DNA of 64,000 bases, taken from positions 29,163 to 93,162 of IMG/VR virus record IMGVR_UViG_3300044712_000557. The stretch is one strand, 5' to 3'. Shown piece after piece: positions 52,447-62,922 of the stretch. Under the pieces are notes generated by a model, which was not told the DNA's origin, made no database searches, and saw nothing but the letters and a program-made list of their open reading frames with translations. This DNA is from a virus. The position numbers and the translations under genes are program-made. Every line of letters starts with the position of its first letter. The stretch's first letter is position 1.

Positions 52447-55058
52447 CTCACCACCACCTTCTGCGAAGGGAAAAGGTACGAAGGCACGTAGACCCCAGTC
52501 TTCAACCAGATCGAGTACTGTTTGGATTCGAGGCTCTTGTCGGCCCACTGGCGCTGTGGGGTGAACAGGTCGGCGAGCGCGGTGTAGGGCCAGGGCATCC
52601 CTGCGCCTGCGTTGTAGAGGGCGGTGCGCTCGTTGGCTGTGAGGAGACGGGACCACACCGCAATCGAGTCGATGTTCGCGTTGACTCCAGCAAAGATCGG
52701 GCTGCTATAGAACTTGGCACCAACAGACGTATCCCGAACGTCCACCACGGCAGAGTCGGTTCCTGCCACATTGTTTACTGTGATAGACGCCTTACGGGAA
52801 GCTGTGCTGTATCTTCCGCACGTGAGGTACCAAGTGTTCGCTGATGTCCCAGTCTTGACCGCATTCTGTAGCGCCGAGCTATCACCAACAAACATGGACT
52901 GAGTACCGTCAACTCCATAGATGGCGAACACGGTACTTGCTGTCCATGTCGCGTACAGGGAGATGACTGGTGTGTGATAGACACCGGACACCGTTGGAGA
53001 CAGCGACCACCCGCACGCCTCAACGTCCGCCAGCTCAAATCCCAGGCTCCCCGCAGACACGAATGAGGTTGGCCCAGTGGTGGAGATAACGGCAGACAAC
53101 CCCATACCGTTCTCGACCAGCCCTGCCGTTCTGCCCGGTGCGTTGACCGCAGTGAGGTCGCAGGCAGAAGACGAGGTCACGTTGACCTTATTCGTCCATG
53201 TGGGGTAGGTGGTGCCGTTGACCTTCACTTCAATGGGGTTTGGAGAAGTCCCATCGTTGATCGAGGTGTCCACTACGTAGGGTGACGCCGAGGCCGTAGC
53301 TGCGCTCGTGTAGAAGACGGAGCCGTTCTTGAGGTAGGTGACAGTCCCATCCGAGGCCACATTGATCTTGAAGACATCTCCTGCCGCATAGACATTCCCA
53401 TCGGAACCGGTTCCGAACTTCGGCAAGTTGCTCTCGTACACGATGAAGTTCTTTCCGACACTATTGGGCTCGAAGTAGATCCCGTATTCGATCTCAGCGA
53501 CACCCTGATCCGAGTCCACGTCGTTCAAGCCATAAACGCTGTAGTGCCCAGTGTCGGCAGGAAGATAGAACTCCACGTATTGCCCACGGGAAACGGTTTG
53601 CGCGGAAGATGCACCCGCGTTATACGCTGCCCCCCCAATTGACTTCGCGAGCACCTGATCCGCGTAGCACGCACTCCGCGAATCCACAGCCCTCGTCCCG
53701 CTCTCCTCCCCCATGTCCCAGCACGCAGTCGGCGTGGGAAGGCCAGAGGATGCGACAGCGGCGCAGCTCATGCCCTTGCCGGAGTTGTAGAGGGTGGTGA
53801 TCTGATCAGCAGAAAGTCCTTGAGGGAACAGCATCCCCGTACTCACGATGTTGTCGCCGGGAATTGTTAGGCCGTCTGTAGTTGTTCCAAATGCAATGCC
53901 CGTAGCCTTGTCAGGCTTTGCCGAGCACACAGAGCCCGTCTCTGCCCCTCCGTTGCTGCTGACATATAGAGTGCCCCCCGCTCCACCGACCGCTGGGTTG
54001 TATCTCATCGTAAGCATGTAGCGCCCACCGGCCACCATCCCCGTCACGGCCGAAATCGAGCACTTAGGCGTTCCGCCTCCTGTGTGTGCTCGTCCATACA
54101 CTTGTGCCGCGTCCCGGTAGAAATCCCATCCACCCACGGCGCCTGTCTTCCCGGTAGCAATGAACTTCGTCCCTGCCGCAACAGATGGGGGGGAGTACCA
54201 GTACGCGACCGTGAAGGGAGAAGTGAAATCCACCTTCAATGGTTCGGCGCTTGTGTTGACGACATACTTCGGTCCGGCAGCCTCCGTCAGTAACGCATAG
54301 CTCCCCGCCCCGCCACCGACACCGGGGGAATTGACCGCTGTCAGGTCGCACGCGCTCGCCTGCGAGACGTTGACGAGGTTGGTCCACGTCGGCGAGGGCG
54401 CGAGTCCGGCGGTGCCGTTGATCGCCGCCACAAGCGACTGCCCCGCGTTGGAGTTGAGCGACATGTCCACCACGTAGCGCGCCCCAGCCGCAACGGTGAC
54501 CGCGCTCGTATAGCGCAGCGTCCCGTTCTGCGTGTATGTCACGGCCCCGTTCGCGTCGATCGAGATGCGCAGTCGATCGTTGACCGCAGATGTCAGATCG
54601 CCGCCCTTCTGGACACCCAGCTCGAAAGTACGCAGCGCAACGCCGCCAACAAGCGGGGAGTACCAACCGAAGTTGACCGTCGTGTAGTTTTGATCGGAGT
54701 CCGTCAGGGACAGCCCCATCAGGCGCTCGCCAGTGAGCGACGTCGGGATGAGGAACTCGACGTAATCCCCGCGACCCACAGTCTCGACACTGGAGGCACC
54801 GGCGGCCCACGAACCACCTCCAGTACGATTGAAGAACGTCACCGCCTTGCAACTCCCCGCCGTTACGTACCTCGTTCCGCTCAGCTCGTTCAGGGACCAG
54901 TTGGCAACGAGGCCATCTTGCAACGATGGATAGCCATAGCGAATCCTATTCTCACTCGTTCCAATCCTAGATGGAGCTGTGCTAGTAGGTCCATAGCTCC
55001 TGATCTGAGGCAAGAATAGAATCGGAAGAAGCATCAATGCAAAAGCGTAACGTCGCAT
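52443..55058 (-). CDS. secreted tandem LamG/concanavalin-like protein
   Basis: Signal peptide; GLVANWSLNE..FTVAYW..ITTLYNSG; IDSIAVWSRLLT..LYNAG. Confidence 0.8.
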   Translation of the reverse strand: MRRYAFALMLLPILFLPQIRSYGPTSTAPSRIGTSENRIRYGYPSLQDGLVANWSLNELSGTRYVTAGSCKAVTFFNRTGGGSWAAGASSVETVGRGDYVEFLIPTSLTGERLMGLSLTDSDQNYTTVNFGWYSPLVGGVALRTFELGVQKGGDLTSAVNDRLRISIDANGAVTYTQNGTLRYTSAVTVAAGARYVVDMSLNSNAGQSLVAAINGTAGLAPSPTWTNLVNVSQASACDLTAVNSPGVGGGAGSYALLTEAAGPKYVVNTSAEPLKVDFTSPFTVAYWYSPPSVAAGTKFIATGKTGAVGGWDFYRDAAQVYGRAHTGGGTPKCSISAVTGMVAGGRYMLTMRYNPAVGGAGGTLYVSSNGGAETGSVCSAKPDKATGIAFGTTTDGLTIPGDNIVSTGMLFPQGLSADQITTLYNSGKGMSCAAVASSGLPTPTACWDMGEESGTRAVDSRSACYADQVLAKSIGGAAYNAGASSAQTVSRGQYVEFYLPADTGHYSVYGLNDVDSDQGVAEIEYGIYFEPNSVGKNFIVYESNLPKFGTGSDGNVYAAGDVFKINVASDGTVTYLKNGSVFYTSAATASASPYVVDTSINDGTSPNPIEVKVNGTTYPTWTNKVNVTSSSACDLTAVNAPGRTAGLVENGMGLSAVISTTGPTSFVSAGSLGFELADVEACGWSLSPTVSGVYHTPVISLYATWTASTVFAIYGVDGTQSMFVGDSSALQNAVKTGTSANTWYLTCGRYSTASRKASITVNNVAGTDSAVVDVRDTSVGAKFYSSPIFAGVNANIDSIAVWSRLLTANERTALYNAGAGMPWPYTALADLFTPQRQWADKSLESKQYSIWLKTGVYVPSYLFPSQKVVVR

Positions 55059-55456
55059 TATTCACCCCTGATCGCGTGTACTGTGTTCGATGTTGCTACG
55101 GACATCTGTACTCCAAAGGCGATATATCTGAGCACGGTCGCCATTGTATGAAGTCCGTGGCGACGAAGCTCATACTCGATGATTGCTATTGTGCTGGCCA
55201 TGCCTAACTTTAGGGCCACCCGCGCTTCAGAATCCCATCCTCCAGGATTGCCCTCATAGCACGTTGGGCACCACTTGATAGCAGCGGACGTCGAAAGTAA
55301 ATCGGCGCTGATTCCAATTCCTAAGAAGGTCAAGTCAAGAGCAATGCCGTCAGCTACTTTCTTGATCTCAGCGTGCTCTGCCTCATGCTTAGCGATCCAG
55401 TCCGTTGGTGGAGGAGGGCCAGCAAGAGTAGCCGCCAAAAGCAGTACAGCTAGCAT
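55058..55456 (-). CDS. membrane protein
   Basis: ADLLST..YEGNP motif with hydrophobic helices. Confidence 0.55.
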   Translation of the reverse strand: MLAVLLLAATLAGPPPPTDWIAKHEAEHAEIKKVADGIALDLTFLGIGISADLLSTSAAIKWCPTCYEGNPGGWDSEARVALKLGMASTIAIIEYELRRHGLHTMATVLRYIAFGVQMSVATSNTVHAIRGE

Positions 55457-55836
55457 TAGCTAATTCCGCCCCAAGCACGAACAGCAGCCGTGCTAGACGC
55501 AGAGCGAACGGTCATCCCGATGAACTCTAGTCCACCACGAGAACTATCGCGAACGAAATACTCCCCAGGCTTCAGCTCTAGCCCGCCAGTGCTTTCCGTC
55601 GCCGGAATAGCTTCTCCAGCCTTGTACCACTTCACGTAAACAGACACGAGTCCGTCATTCTTTACCCACGTAGACGTGCATCGAATGGTAAACGTGATTG
55701 CGGTTCCATCCGTATCTGCGGTGACAGAGTGATTACTGTCATCCATCGCCTCCACTACGGTCGGAGCCATCACTGGCGAGGCCAGGAAGGTTGCGGTCAT
55801 CGCCAATACGACTAGGATCATCCAGAGCTTACGCAT
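55456..55836 (-). CDS. secreted beta-sandwich protein
   Basis: Signal peptide MRKLWMILVVLAM; GLELKPGE motif. Confidence 0.55.
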   Translation of the reverse strand: MRKLWMILVVLAMTATFLASPVMAPTVVEAMDDSNHSVTADTDGTAITFTIRCTSTWVKNDGLVSVYVKWYKAGEAIPATESTGGLELKPGEYFVRDSSRGGLEFIGMTVRSASSTAAVRAWGGIS

Positions 55837-56044
55837 CTTCATCCTCCACTTCCCCAAGGGTATCATCGAGATTTTCAGCCCCGATTCCTAGTAATGCCAG
55901 CATTTCAAACAGCTCTTCCTCTGTCATGTGCAACCGGCGCATGATTGGAGAATGCGAAGAGTCTGTTGTGCGAACCGTGATGTCTAGCCCTCCATCCTTA
56001 CTGGAAAACCCAAACCCACGTACGAAGAATCCAATCTCACTCAT
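55829..56044 (-). CDS. hypothetical protein
   Basis: Coupled ORF. Confidence 0.5.
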   Translation of the reverse strand: MSEIGFFVRGFGFSSKDGGLDITVRTTDSSHSPIMRRLHMTEEELFEMLALLGIGAENLDDTLGEVEDEDA

Positions 56045-56052
56045 GTCTTCAC

Positions 56053-56376
56053 CTAGATAAAGTACAGCTTCTCCCCACGTCTTTCGAACTTCTGCGAACC
56101 AAACTGTACTTCCTTCTCGCGCATGAGGGATCGACGTTCACTGCGACTGCCGATGAAGACCCCGCGCATGCCTAGTTCGTTAGTAGACGTGCAGCGTGGG
56201 TCTTGGCGATCTAGTAGTTGTACATCAACGTAGGGCTCAAATGGATCATCGAAGCCCCTGGGCTTCCCGTGATCTTCTGGGCGTCCCTTGCAGAATGGGA
56301 AGTCACCCTCAAAGTAGTCAGATCCGCACTTCTCGCAGTGAATCGTCTTGTCGTCCTTGTAGTACTGCTCTTCCAT
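56053..56376 (-). CDS. zinc-ribbon protein downstream of portal
   Basis: CEKCG..PFC; GVFIGSRSERRSLMRE. Confidence 0.6.
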   Translation of the reverse strand: MEEQYYKDDKTIHCEKCGSDYFEGDFPFCKGRPEDHGKPRGFDDPFEPYVDVQLLDRQDPRCTSTNELGMRGVFIGSRSERRSLMREKEVQFGSQKFERRGEKLYFI

Positions 56377-56381
56377 ATTCC

Positions 56382-58661
56382 TTATCCCTGTGCGTTTGGT
56401 TGAGGCCCACCAGATCCAGCGTCAGCCGGTGCGCCTCCCTGTGGAGCAGGCTGCTGCGGAGCGCTGCCCTGCTTATTTGGATTACCACCTCCAGGCATTG
56501 GAGCTACTCCGGGTGCCGGCGGTGCTCCCATTGCTGCGGCCTGCGCTTCAGCCTGAGCCTTTGCCTGCAAGGCCATGAAGATGTTCTGCTGATCGTTCGC
56601 CTGTCTGATCCCCATGTAGTTCAGGACGTTCTTGAGTAGCGGCGGGGCCATCGAAAGCAGCATGCCAATCGGAGATGCTGCCAGCATATTGAGAGCCTGC
56701 AGCAGCTTATTCCCATACTGTTCTTCAGTTACAGGAGAAAGAGACTCTACGTCAACTACGATCTCCCACTGCATCCCGTCGTCAGCTTCCTTAAGCTGTT
56801 GCGGGGTGACTTCTTGATACTGCTGCACCGATGGGTTGAAAGATGGCTGCGGAGGCTGTGGCAATCCAGGAGGAGCCTGCGGTTGCTGATCTGGCATTCC
56901 CTGCCCGCCAGGATTCTGAGGAGCTACCCCAGGCGGAACACCAGGGACCGTCAGTGGCTCGTGAGGCGGGAACTGCCCCTCAACTGCCATACTGTTGGCC
57001 GTCATCAGTTTCTTATACTGATCGGCCATCTTCATGATGTTCTCGCTCTCAAGTCCGAAGTTTGGGCCGGTCGGATCTGAGTTGACGATCACCCACTGCG
57101 GGAGCGTCATCTTTTCGAGAGCACACTTGATTAGGTTGCCGCAGACGGTACCTAGGAACTCAGCAAATTCCTGCTGCTCATAGGAGTCTCGCACATCTCC
57201 AGACTGACCCATGGCCTGTACTTCGGTTGCCGTTGGCTTTCCACCGGCCCCGCGAGTCAGTCTGTCTACCGGAGATGACGCTGCCTGCTCGGCGAATCCA
57301 GCGTCAGAAAGGGCCAGCGTACGGATGACCGCATCCGATACCTGTGGCATCTGAACGGGAGTGATCGCCTGCATGTTGTTGTTATCTACGGCGATCATCG
57401 TGAAGAACTCGTCATTCTCCAGCTTCTCTAGCTCATCGGCCGGGAAGGCGCTCTTATCGTACGTGAAGCGTGGGCGCGTTCCCTTGCGTACGATGCGAAG
57501 CCACTCTCGCGAGTCGTTGAACTCATCCTGCTCTGTGAGCTGTCCGAAGATTGGAGGGATCGGATACCACTCTCCAGGCATGACCTCAAAGCGCATCGTA
57601 CTGATCGGCAGGTAGTAATACGAGGTCTGCTTCAAGATCATGTCATGCCCTTCGGCGATGACGTAGCGGATCTTCTCACGCTGGTCCCAGATCTTCCAGA
57701 CGCGAACCATGTCTGCTGGAACGTCCTGGGTTTTGTCGGTCTGGCCAACAGGTGCCAGATCCCTATCGAAACCGCCGTCAGCCTGCTTAGCGCTAGCCTT
57801 GAGGTCTTCCGTGTTGTCGAAGGACTCGCAGCGCTTGACGTCTTCTACGTACATCCATTCCCAATATCCAAGCCAGTCCTGCGATTCAGTGGCCGACTTA
57901 TCATTGCTGGCTACATAGAACTGCCTTGCCGGAATGTGCTTGACGTAGAACGTTTCCGCCTTAGGAACCTCGTCAACCTTCGATAGCTCCTGGGAGATGA
58001 CATCGTCCTCCTCGACAGCAGGAAGCTCTCCCATCTCCTCAAGGTCGTCCTTGACGTCCTCGTTCTCAACCAGCTTTGGCTTCTGTTTGAATGGGTTCTC
58101 TACCCAGTCAGCTTCATACCCAACTTCAACGACACCGAAGGCCCAGTGGGCCTCCTTGAGTGCCAGCATGATCTCTGGCTTGAAGCGCGTCTTAGGCTGA
58201 CGGACGATCGTGTTAATCGTGTCCTGCAGAAGCTCGCATCGCTCTGAGATGGTCGATCCTACAGAGTCCCCGCGCCCTCGCGCGGGGCGCACTCTGACGT
58301 ATGGGAAGTAGTAGAAGATTGATGGCAGTCTAGTCTTTAGAGCAGCGAGTATCTTGTTGATCTGATACTTGCGCTCTCCCTGAGCGTCAAGCTCATCTCC
58401 CTCGGGTCGCTGGAATCCACGAACGTAATCGTGAGATCTATCAACCTCATAGTCCTGCTCCCACTTCTCCTTAAACTTCTTGGCCTTGGCGATGCGCTTA
58501 AAGAGGAGACGTACTTTGTCTTCCTGCTTGCGCTTTTCCTTGGCCTCATCTACTTCCTCTGTAGGAGCAGAGGCTAGGGATCCAAGTAACTGCGCTATCG
58601 GATCTCCTGGAGGCGTTAACAGCTCTGGCGGCGGCTCGATGAATCCAATTTCGTTGCTCAT
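56382..58661 (-). CDS. portal protein
   Basis: Follows TerL; FGVVEVGY, VRVWKIWD, TATEV; Gln/Pro-rich tail. Confidence 0.85.
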   Translation of the reverse strand: MSNEIGFIEPPPELLTPPGDPIAQLLGSLASAPTEEVDEAKEKRKQEDKVRLLFKRIAKAKKFKEKWEQDYEVDRSHDYVRGFQRPEGDELDAQGERKYQINKILAALKTRLPSIFYYFPYVRVRPARGRGDSVGSTISERCELLQDTINTIVRQPKTRFKPEIMLALKEAHWAFGVVEVGYEADWVENPFKQKPKLVENEDVKDDLEEMGELPAVEEDDVISQELSKVDEVPKAETFYVKHIPARQFYVASNDKSATESQDWLGYWEWMYVEDVKRCESFDNTEDLKASAKQADGGFDRDLAPVGQTDKTQDVPADMVRVWKIWDQREKIRYVIAEGHDMILKQTSYYYLPISTMRFEVMPGEWYPIPPIFGQLTEQDEFNDSREWLRIVRKGTRPRFTYDKSAFPADELEKLENDEFFTMIAVDNNNMQAITPVQMPQVSDAVIRTLALSDAGFAEQAASSPVDRLTRGAGGKPTATEVQAMGQSGDVRDSYEQQEFAEFLGTVCGNLIKCALEKMTLPQWVIVNSDPTGPNFGLESENIMKMADQYKKLMTANSMAVEGQFPPHEPLTVPGVPPGVAPQNPGGQGMPDQQPQAPPGLPQPPQPSFNPSVQQYQEVTPQQLKEADDGMQWEIVVDVESLSPVTEEQYGNKLLQALNMLAASPIGMLLSMAPPLLKNVLNYMGIRQANDQQNIFMALQAKAQAEAQAAAMGAPPAPGVAPMPGGGNPNKQGSAPQQPAPQGGAPADAGSGGPQPNAQG

Positions 58662-58676
58662 AGTTCTACTTTACCA

Positions 58677-60332
58677 TCAGTATCCGCCGCCCCTTGAGCG
58701 CCATTTGCTCTGCTCAACACGCCCCTTGGGTGGCTTTTGGGAGTGGTCAATTGGTGGCAATGTAACGATGACTCTGCCACCTCCAACTGCCTTCGCTGTT
58801 AGGATACGCTGCTCCACCGGAGCGCTCGCAGGGATCGGATGAGAGTTGACGACGTATCGCACGCAGTCGAGGGCGTGGTCTGGGATGGAAGGGTCACGCT
58901 CGTCGCTGTAAATGGGCTTGCCATCATTCTCGCCCACTTGGAGTCGCTTTGCTGATCTGATCTCTCGGATAGCGTGGTCGATACCATGTGGATGATCTTC
59001 GCTCTTCTTGATGAAGTAGATATGAGGAGCACCTATTTCTCCAGTGATGGGATGCTTGTGGAGCCCATCAATTCTGAGATACTGCGACAAGCGCTGGCGA
59101 GATAGGGCTTCGTTCTTGTCTGCTGGCGTCCAATAGATCGCCGTGTCTTCCTGGATGATCTTGCGGTCAGTGTACTCATCTGCCACAGACCAGCGCTGCT
59201 GCCTGCGCGTGAAGCCAGAGATGTTGCGCGTCTTGTCGAAGATCGAGGCGTCAGCAAGGTTGATACGGAAGGTCAATGGACGAGAGAGCGTAGTGATCGC
59301 TCTTCGATGGTCAGAGACGTTGAACTCTTTTCCATCCTCCGTCATGCCCGGCTGATAGTACTCCTGCCAGAAGAAGAGGTTGTGGGACTGGTCAACGCCG
59401 TACCAGAGGCAGCACGTAGGAGCAGAGTCTCCGTGGTCGAGAACGCGTCCGAGCATGCACGAGTTTTCGATGAACGATACCAGCTCTGGAGAGTACTCAA
59501 GAAGAGACATCTCATCCAGGCGATAGAGGTGGCCCTTGGAGCGAACCCATTCACCGCGAACGAAGCGACGAACGTAGTCTTCGTCCTGCTGGAGCAGGAT
59601 GTTGACGTTCTGCTCCCCGGCGAACTTGTTCTGAGTAGTCGGCATGAGCAACTGACGATAGCCATGCTTCGACCACTTCTCTTGCCACGCCTTTGACTCT
59701 GGGCAGAAGCGCTGCCATAGCCAATGAAGCTCAGGATCGCCGTCTTCTGTTGGGTTGGCGGTCAGGATGATGTCGATAGGCGGCACCGGCTGGCCGGACT
59801 TATTACGCCACGGCCATTCTCCATCGTAGGAGTTGAGCACCCACTTTGGTACCCGCGCCCCCTTCCATCGGCCAAGACGACCCAGGAGAACTGTGAAGGT
59901 TCTCTCTTGCATCTGCTCAGCCTGATCGAGGATAGCAGCGTTGATTTCAAGACCCTTCAAGAGGGTTGCGCTATTCGGGCTGTCAAGGTGGTGGAAGATG
60001 AACGACGATCCGTTGTCTAGCGTAACCTCGGTAGCCGAAGACTGCTTTACCCGCTTTGGATCGATCCACTGGTCGAACGATGGCCTCGTGGTCAGAGACA
60101 AATCCTTAAAGGTCTTACGAAGGACTGCCACCTTATAGCCAGGGAAGTTGTCGCAAAGTGCCAGGGCTCTTAGGATCGCCGCAGACGTCTTGCCTGAGTT
60201 GAACCCACCCATCAGCAGTAGGGGGCTGCCGGGAGGGGCTTCTACGGCCTCCTGCTGATGCGCAGAGGCCCAATCGAACGTCCTTGGGCCATCTGGTTCC
60301 GGCTCGATCAGCTTTGGCTGTTGGTTATCCAT
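58677..60332 (-). CDS. terL: terminase large subunit
   Basis: GGFNSGKT, LRKTF, ILDQAEQ, LTANP, LDHG..PT, DHALDCVRY. Confidence 0.92.
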   Translation of the reverse strand: MDNQQPKLIEPEPDGPRTFDWASAHQQEAVEAPPGSPLLLMGGFNSGKTSAAILRALALCDNFPGYKVAVLRKTFKDLSLTTRPSFDQWIDPKRVKQSSATEVTLDNGSSFIFHHLDSPNSATLLKGLEINAAILDQAEQMQERTFTVLLGRLGRWKGARVPKWVLNSYDGEWPWRNKSGQPVPPIDIILTANPTEDGDPELHWLWQRFCPESKAWQEKWSKHGYRQLLMPTTQNKFAGEQNVNILLQQDEDYVRRFVRGEWVRSKGHLYRLDEMSLLEYSPELVSFIENSCMLGRVLDHGDSAPTCCLWYGVDQSHNLFFWQEYYQPGMTEDGKEFNVSDHRRAITTLSRPLTFRINLADASIFDKTRNISGFTRRQQRWSVADEYTDRKIIQEDTAIYWTPADKNEALSRQRLSQYLRIDGLHKHPITGEIGAPHIYFIKKSEDHPHGIDHAIREIRSAKRLQVGENDGKPIYSDERDPSIPDHALDCVRYVVNSHPIPASAPVEQRILTAKAVGGGRVIVTLPPIDHSQKPPKGRVEQSKWRSRGGGY

Positions 60333-60543
60333 CTACATCCTCACCGTTAATCTTGGCGACGATGTCTGACACGCTATCTGCCACAGCGACCGAAGGCCCA
60401 CCGTCAACCAAGATCAAGCTGCGACCAAGAACTGGCGTCCTAACGCCAGAATCCATCGTGTACGCTTGATTCACAAAAACGATCTTGTCGGGGTTCACCC
60501 AGAAGTCGATCCCCTCGTCCGTTACGAGCTTAATCAGCTTCAC
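60325..60543 (-). CDS. small FlbD-like protein
   Basis: IKL..FWVNPDKI..V.DSVSDIVAKI. Confidence 0.5.
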   Translation of the reverse strand: MKLIKLVTDEGIDFWVNPDKIVFVNQAYTMDSGVRTPVLGRSLILVDGGPSVAVADSVSDIVAKINGEDVDG

Positions 60544-61030
60544 TGTCTGCTACCTCTGCAATTTCGGCATCAATAACTGGATCGCCCTCAGAGATCTCCA
60601 GTGGAATGACGGGAGCTTCTAGGCGATTCTGCCAAGGAAAACGAGTACCGGCGGGGAAGACAACAAGCGGCTGTGCGGGAGCAACATACCCCTCAACCTG
60701 GAGTTCCTTGTAGCGATTCGAAAGACGGACAGCAGAGTTGAACGCAAGCTTGACACCCTCTAGCTGACGGTCCCTGTCTTCCGTGTCGGCGATCATCTCC
60801 CCAAGTACAACAGCCGCATTGTTGGCCAGCCCCATCACGCGTGCCTCAAAGATCTGCCGCATTCTCTCCTGGGCAAGACGCAGCTCTTCTCGGAATGTTG
60901 GATCCTTAAGCCAGTCACGAATCGTGTTGGCCTTCGTCCCAACGGTAGCTGCTACCTGATCCTGAGTCTGGCCGCCCACCAAGAGCGACAGGGCGGCTAC
61001 TTGCTTAGCGGACAGATTCTTCTTGGCCAT
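60530..61030 (-). CDS. terminase small subunit-like HTH protein
   Basis: LSAKQVAALSLL..QVAATVG..TIRDWLKDPTF; upstream of terL. Confidence 0.7.
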   Translation of the reverse strand: MAKKNLSAKQVAALSLLVGGQTQDQVAATVGTKANTIRDWLKDPTFREELRLAQERMRQIFEARVMGLANNAAVVLGEMIADTEDRDRQLEGVKLAFNSAVRLSNRYKELQVEGYVAPAQPLVVFPAGTRFPWQNRLEAPVIPLEISEGDPVIDAEIAEVADSEAD

Positions 61031-61033
61031 GAG

Positions 61034-61993
61034 TTACTCCGTATCTTCACCCATGTGGGCTACTGTAGCCTCATTCCATTTTTCGAAGGGAAGCTCAGCC
61101 ACGTCGAAGCCTGCTGCTGCACGATGCCCACCGCCACCGAAGGACTTGGCAACCTCAGAGCAATCGAAGTCGCAGCCCTCGCGTACGCGTAGTGAGAACT
61201 GCCATCGACCATCACCACGACGGAAGTACCCAGCGGCGAATGGCGCGTCGGGATACTGCTGCGCGAGAGTATTGACATGATCGCTGCAGTTCATGTATGG
61301 AGTGTTGATCGTAGGCACAGCATTGCCAGCGATCAATTCCACGCGGGCCTGCTCGCATACCTTCTTCCCGAAGGTGTCGATGTAGGACTGGATTGCAGCA
61401 CCATTTTTGGCTACCGCTTCTGGACCAAGCGCCAAGATCGCATCCCAGGACTCAAAAGTCATCGGCTGAGCTGATACGTAGGCCGAGACGAGCTTAGAAT
61501 CCTTCAGCTTCCAATTCCATAGGTCGCGGTCTTCGACGTAATCAACTAGCCATAGCCCGCGCTTTCCCTGGAACCTTGGCTCTCGTACTCCGTTCTTCTG
61601 GCCCCACTCGCGTTCCATCTCATCGAAGAGGATTCCGCTTCCGCTTCGCATCATGTCGAAGACCACACGGTCCCCGTCACGCTGCAGACGATGCTTCTCG
61701 CGCAGCTCAGGAAGGATCCCATCCAATGCGGCCTGGGCCGTCTTGTGGTGATCCATGATTATCGTACGCGCGGAAGGCTTGATCACCTTCTCGATCATTA
61801 CCTCACGCGGATACGTGAAGTCAACAAGCCAGACTTCTTTCCCCTTGCAGTCTGGAGGATCCTGGCCGTAGGTGGCCGGATGGTAAACGACCGGGGCATC
61901 ATTCAGCCCCGGCCTTTGAAACTTGCTAAACACCCACGCTGCCGTGTGACCGTCGAAGCAGTTGCCGTGGTAGATGAAGATCTTCTCTCTCAT
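61034..61993 (-). CDS. DHH/DHHA1 phosphoesterase
   Basis: YHGNCFDG, VDF, DHHKT, EDRDLW, SLR, GGGGHRAAAGF. Confidence 0.92.
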   Translation of the reverse strand: MREKIFIYHGNCFDGHTAAWVFSKFQRPGLNDAPVVYHPATYGQDPPDCKGKEVWLVDFTYPREVMIEKVIKPSARTIIMDHHKTAQAALDGILPELREKHRLQRDGDRVVFDMMRSGSGILFDEMEREWGQKNGVREPRFQGKRGLWLVDYVEDRDLWNWKLKDSKLVSAYVSAQPMTFESWDAILALGPEAVAKNGAAIQSYIDTFGKKVCEQARVELIAGNAVPTINTPYMNCSDHVNTLAQQYPDAPFAAGYFRRGDGRWQFSLRVREGCDFDCSEVAKSFGGGGHRAAAGFDVAELPFEKWNEATVAHMGEDTE

Positions 61994-62175
61994 TGAATCT
62001 CCTTGCAGTGACAGTTTTTAGGTGGGCGCTCAGTTAGCCACTGCTTGAGCGCCTCATACCCGCGCCGGTAAAGGCTATATCGGCATGGCAGGCAGAAGAA
62101 ATGATCACACTTACTACAATACACCACTTCCTCATTGCCAGAGCAGATACAGCACGTCTTTACCGATTGCCCCAT
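61990..62175 (-). CDS. small Zn-finger protein
   Basis: CCIC..CSKC..FCLPC. Confidence 0.55.
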   Translation of the reverse strand: MGQSVKTCCICSGNEEVVYCSKCDHFFCLPCRYSLYRRGYEALKQWLTERPPKNCHCKEIQ

Positions 62176-62816
62176 CCCTCTCCTTTGAGGCCCATCTCAG
62201 ACTGATTAGTGAGCGCGCCGTTGCCCTCCCACTTCTCAAAGGCCTTGTCCACCTCTCGCTCAAGGTCAGGGTCGATCCCGTAGACCTTTGCCAACTCGGC
62301 CTTACGCTTCGCCTGGGCTTGCAGTGTGAAATACTGCGTGTGCTCATCCTCTGCAAGTCCAGCAAGCTCGCGATGGGCATCCTTTACGCCTTGCCTCTGC
62401 ATATCAACCATGGCCCATTCCATTGCCTCATTGATACTAGAAGCAAATCGTGGCCTATCTAGCTCGTCAGCCTTCATCGTCTCCAGGATGAACCCCTGGA
62501 TATTGAAGAGCAGGGCACAGGCGATCTCGACAGGGTCAGTCACATTTGGATCGAAGCGCGGCTTGAACCCAGTGGTCACAAGCCAGAAGTCGAAGAAGTG
62601 GCGCGTGATGGATTCGAGGTAAACCCTGATCGGGATCCCCTTCTGCCAGTTGTCCGCAGACCTAATCGTGCCGTCCGACTGGAAACGATGCTTGTGCATG
62701 TACTCGCTGAAACGATGCATCACCAGGGGCGAGATAAAGCCAAAGGGCTCCAGCTTGTTCGCGCTCGTATCCCGCGTTGCTCCCGTTTCAAACTTACGCA
62801 CAATGCCGTTGTCCAT
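62160..62816 (-). CDS. dATP/dGTP diphosphohydrolase-like protein
   Basis: FETGATRD..K..DNWQKGIP..SITRH. Confidence 0.75.
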   Translation of the reverse strand: MDNGIVRKFETGATRDTSANKLEPFGFISPLVMHRFSEYMHKHRFQSDGTIRSADNWQKGIPIRVYLESITRHFFDFWLVTTGFKPRFDPNVTDPVEIACALLFNIQGFILETMKADELDRPRFASSINEAMEWAMVDMQRQGVKDAHRELAGLAEDEHTQYFTLQAQAKRKAELAKVYGIDPDLEREVDKAFEKWEGNGALTNQSEMGLKGEGWGNR

Positions 62817-62922
62817 TTACGCGATCTCCTTAACAACCACCTTGGGCTTCAAGATTTCCGTGTCCCTCTGGCAGATCTCTTTCCAGTTTGTCTTCTCTTC
62901 CTTTAGCTTCGGCACGAAATCG

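Noticed and set aside
62160-62816. Z-base (2-aminoadenine) genome system suggested by the dATP/dGTP diphosphohydrolase
   Set aside because: No purZ or DNA polymerase in the window, and this domain is common in ordinary phages.
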